From assembly GCA_963718665.1 (NCBI GenBank), contig OY970359.1:2304001-2368000 (forward strand): 64,000 nt of DNA. Reading direction: 5' to 3'. A program made the position numbers and the translations under genes. The notes below the pieces were generated by a model. The model worked only from the letters and a program-made list of their open reading frames with translations. It searched no databases and was not told where the DNA came from. Every line of letters begins with the position of its first letter. Within the stretch, counting starts at the first letter, position 1. This DNA comes from an uncultured Phycisphaerales bacterium. Its GTDB lineage: Bacteria > Planctomycetota > Phycisphaerae > Sedimentisphaerales > Anaerobacaceae. Below are positions 60,828 through 64,000 of this stretch, piece by piece.

Positions 60828-61265
60828 ATGGACTGGAATCACGATATAATTCCTGCGCTTCTGGCGATTGGATGCGGAGCAGTCATCGGTCTTGAACGCC
60901 AGTTTAAGCACAAACCCGCGGGGCTTCGCACAAACATTATGATATGCCTCGGTGCGGCGGTCTTTACCTTAATCTCAGAAAGGATGGCTTTGGATAGCCA
61001 TGATTCGGTTACGCGAATTGCCTCAGGGATAGTTACAGGCGTCGGCTTTCTCGGCGCAGGCGCGGTCATACAGGACAGGGGAGGCATTCACGGTCTGACG
61101 ACCGCGGCGACGATATGGCTGGTGGCGAGTATCGGTATGGCCTGCGGCGCAAGGTTGTATTACCTGGCGGTTATTACAACGTTTCTTGCATTAGTGGTAC
61201 TGATTGGTCTGGGGCGTGTGGACAAATACTTAGGCCACAGCGACGAACAACACAAGGGCCACTAA
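60828..61265 (+). CDS. MgtC/SapB family membrane protein
   Basis: GLER...KPAGLRT, GVGFLGAG, GLTTAATIW. Confidence 0.92.
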   Translation: MDWNHDIIPALLAIGCGAVIGLERQFKHKPAGLRTNIMICLGAAVFTLISERMALDSHDSVTRIASGIVTGVGFLGAGAVIQDRGGIHGLTTAATIWLVASIGMACGARLYYLAVITTFLALVVLIGLGRVDKYLGHSDEQHKGH

Positions 61266-61351
61266 CAAAACCGGTCTTATTGGCCGGCGGTAAGCGTCGC
61301 ATCATTCCGATTGTCCGGTTCATTTCTGTAACGATGGTTTGATTTGCTTGC

Positions 61352-63187
61352 CTACAGGTCCCAGCCGGCGATTGGTTTTCCGGCCTGGCTTGTCCAGTGT
61401 AAACGCTGGATTTCACGCAGGAGGTCGCCGTGCCGGTTGTTTCGCAGGCAATCGGAGATAATTTTGGCGTTTTGCCTGAAGTAATACTGCATTAGGGCTG
61501 CCTGCAGGCGTTTTTCCGCCCGGCCGCGGGGAATATGAATTTGTTGCTCCCTCACATCCCGTTCACTTACAAACATCGCGGTAGAAAGCGTCAGGGGTAC
61601 CGGGACGAAATCCTGAACCTGCCTTAGTCGCCAACGCCTTTGCACAAGGTATTCGGTGAGCTTAATCGCGTCGTCGGTTTGGCAGCCGGGGTGCGCGCTT
61701 ATGAAGTAGGGCACTAAATACTGCTCTTTTCCCGCCTTACGGGTTGCTTTATCGAATCTTGCCTCGAATTGTTCAAAAATCTCGAAGCCGGGTTTTCCCA
61801 TAAGCTCAAGCACGTGCGGACAATAGTGTTCCGGGGCGACCTTGAGATGCCCCCCGACGAAATGCCTGGTAAGCGTATCTATATAATCATTGCTGTGAAG
61901 CGCAAGGTCGTGGCGGATACCTGAGGCGACATATACGTTTGATTTTTTCGCTCCCGTGGTTTTCCATTTCAGGAAGGCGTCAAACATTTTGAACTGCGAA
62001 TCATAATCGACCTTCATATTTTTGCAGACAGAGGGGTATAGACAACTCGGTCTGTTACAGGCGCCTGCTTTGTCGCATTTCATTCCGAACATATTTGCTG
62101 TGGGGCCGCCTATGTCGAATATCGTGCCGTGGAAGTCAGGATGTGAGCGAAATCTGTCGGCTTCGGCAATCAGCGATTCGATTGAGCGTGAGGATATGTC
62201 TTTACCCTGGTGAAAGTATATTGAGCAGAACGAGCAGCCGCCGAAACAGCCGCGATGAGTAGTTATTGAGAATTGCACGGGCTTTAACGCAGGCACACCT
62301 CCGGCCAAATCATATTTCGGATGCCAGCACCGCGTAAAAGGAAGCTCATACAGCGAATCGAGGGCGGTGCTGTTAATCGGCTCAGCGGGCGGCAATACCA
62401 CGATTTTGCCGGGGTCCTGTTCCTGGATGACAGCGGCGCCGGTGGGATGCGCCTGTTTTTGATATTGGAGCTGGGCTGGCATAGCAAGTGATTTGTCTGC
62501 CTGCTGCTGTAAAAGCGAGGGCAGAGGCACAGCGTTTTCAGGCAGTGGGGTTCTGTTTCTAACGGGATAGGCAGTGCCTGGGATATTGGTCAGTTGGTCA
62601 ATTGATTCGCCGTTGTTTAGTCGTCGGGCGATTTCGATAATCTGATGTTCGGCCATACCGTGAACGAGGATGTCCGCTTTGGCGTCGATTAGCACTGAGC
62701 GTTTGAGTTTGTCTTCGATATAGTCGTAATGAGCTAATCTGCGAAGCGATGCCTCAAGTCCGCCAAGAACGATTGGCACGTCGGGAAACGCTTCGCGTGC
62801 CCTTGCCGAATAGACGAGCAGGGGCCGGTCAGGCCTCAGGCCCAGTTTTCCGCCGGGGCTGTAAACGTCTTGTTTTCGCTTGTTGCCGAGCGAGGCGTAA
62901 TCATTCAGGCATGAGTCGATGCAGCCGCTGGTTATACCCCAGAATAATCGTGGTTTGCCTAACGCCCTGAATGGCTCGACGCTTCGCCAATCCGGCTGCG
63001 CCAGAATCGCGACGTGGAAACCATTGCTTTCGAGAAGCCGACCAATCAGCGCGACGCCGAATGACGGATGGTCAACATATGCATCGCCAGTTATGAGTAT
63101 GATGTCAGGCTTGTCCCAGTCGTGCTGACGAATCTCCTCAGCCGTCGTCGGAAGAAAACAGTTCATATTTTGCGTTAACCTGTTCAT
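61352..63187 (-). CDS. YgiQ (UPF0313) family radical SAM protein
   Basis: [46 protein letters not shown]. Confidence 0.92.
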   Translation of the reverse strand: MNRLTQNMNCFLPTTAEEIRQHDWDKPDIILITGDAYVDHPSFGVALIGRLLESNGFHVAILAQPDWRSVEPFRALGKPRLFWGITSGCIDSCLNDYASLGNKRKQDVYSPGGKLGLRPDRPLLVYSARAREAFPDVPIVLGGLEASLRRLAHYDYIEDKLKRSVLIDAKADILVHGMAEHQIIEIARRLNNGESIDQLTNIPGTAYPVRNRTPLPENAVPLPSLLQQQADKSLAMPAQLQYQKQAHPTGAAVIQEQDPGKIVVLPPAEPINSTALDSLYELPFTRCWHPKYDLAGGVPALKPVQFSITTHRGCFGGCSFCSIYFHQGKDISSRSIESLIAEADRFRSHPDFHGTIFDIGGPTANMFGMKCDKAGACNRPSCLYPSVCKNMKVDYDSQFKMFDAFLKWKTTGAKKSNVYVASGIRHDLALHSNDYIDTLTRHFVGGHLKVAPEHYCPHVLELMGKPGFEIFEQFEARFDKATRKAGKEQYLVPYFISAHPGCQTDDAIKLTEYLVQRRWRLRQVQDFVPVPLTLSTAMFVSERDVREQQIHIPRGRAEKRLQAALMQYYFRQNAKIISDCLRNNRHGDLLREIQRLHWTSQAGKPIAGWDL

Positions 63188-63581
63188 ACAACTATCTTAC
63201 CACGCTTTGTTTTTTTCTGTTCAAAATTTGAGAGATAAAATGAACAACTGTTCAAGTAAAACGCATGTATTGTATCGGACTATAAGAGAGGTTATTGGAC
63301 GTAAATGGGTTGCCCAGATTGCCTGTATTTCGCGGTCAATTTAACCGTTACGGGCAGTTGTTGCCCAGTTCAAAAAGTGTGTAAAAAAGTGAAGCAATAT
63401 TAAAGAGATGGCCGAAGTGCATGATGTTGACAAGTGAAAAATTGTGGCTCTGAAAAATGACCGATACGGTCATAATTAGCCAGGCCTTATTGACCCGACA
63501 CGCAAATCGCACACAAGGCAGATGGTGATTCTGGGTTCAACAAGCAACGGCTAACCTAAAAAAGGCAAGAGCCACCTGAAT

Positions 63582-63617
63582 AATGGGAGAGCGTCGTTCG
63601 CTCTCCCATTCTTTTTT
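63582..63617 (+). terminator. Strong intrinsic terminator with no gene upstream on +
   Basis: AATGGGAGAGCG-tcgtt-CGCTCTCCCATT followed by CTTTTTT. Confidence 0.75.
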
Positions 63618-64000
63618 ATTGGGATTAAATCACAGGGGCAACAAAAAGGGGAGGCAAGGACTCAGCTTTTCATCATTGACCCTATAGTCGGTCTCGATTT
63701 TGTTTTTATCTGACCCGCCTCCCTTGCGAAAACAACTCCATCGGACCGTGGTGATAAAGAACCACAAAACCGCAATCCGATTATAATGAGCGGCTTCCAG
63801 GTCGCCAATAAAAAAAGAATAAAAATATATTTTTTGGTAACCGACTCGTTTTTTTGTGTCAAACCGGCTTTTTTTCCACAAATAGTGCCTCTACGCGCTA
63901 ATAATATTTTCAATGTATGCCGACAAATATAATAGGACGTTGGCAAACGCGAAATTAAAATACAGATAGAGGTGTGCAGTGAAAATCGGAAGTATAGCCG

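Noticed and set aside
63630..63946. Short minus-strand ORFs at the window end
   Set aside because: No motifs or convincing SD; AT-rich intergenic character.

Overview
Bacterial chromosomal window of roughly 50% GC. Gene content and style suggest an anaerobic Planctomycetota (Phycisphaerae/Sedimentisphaerales-like); this taxonomy is an inference. Most of the window is core or metabolic genes: ABC permease, PcrA, glycoside hydrolases, rnpA, a sugar-nucleotide operon, a PerR-led oxidative-stress cluster, an Rrf2-hcp operon, two ECF sigma/anti-sigma pairs and archaeal-type aroA'/aroA'/aroB' shikimate genes. Two accessory regions stand out. (1) About 12.5-16.3 kb holds a compact CBASS anti-phage operon (DUF2188, CdnE-like CD-NTase, Cap15-like 2TM effector) and a low-GC rsgA. 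(2) About 39.5-47.8 kb holds a decaying integrative element abutting tRNA-Arg(CCT). It carries an integrase, AlpA, a primase-polymerase with an intragenic inverted iteron array, an IS5, a beta-helix cargo gene and a second recombinase. It also holds what looks like the deleted remnant of a hybrid CRISPR operon: promoter, Cas12b-like N-terminus, and a translationally coupled Cas8e/Cse1 N-terminus. No CRISPR array is present. Four single-base frameshifts may be assembly errors. All family calls are by eye from motifs; no searches were run.
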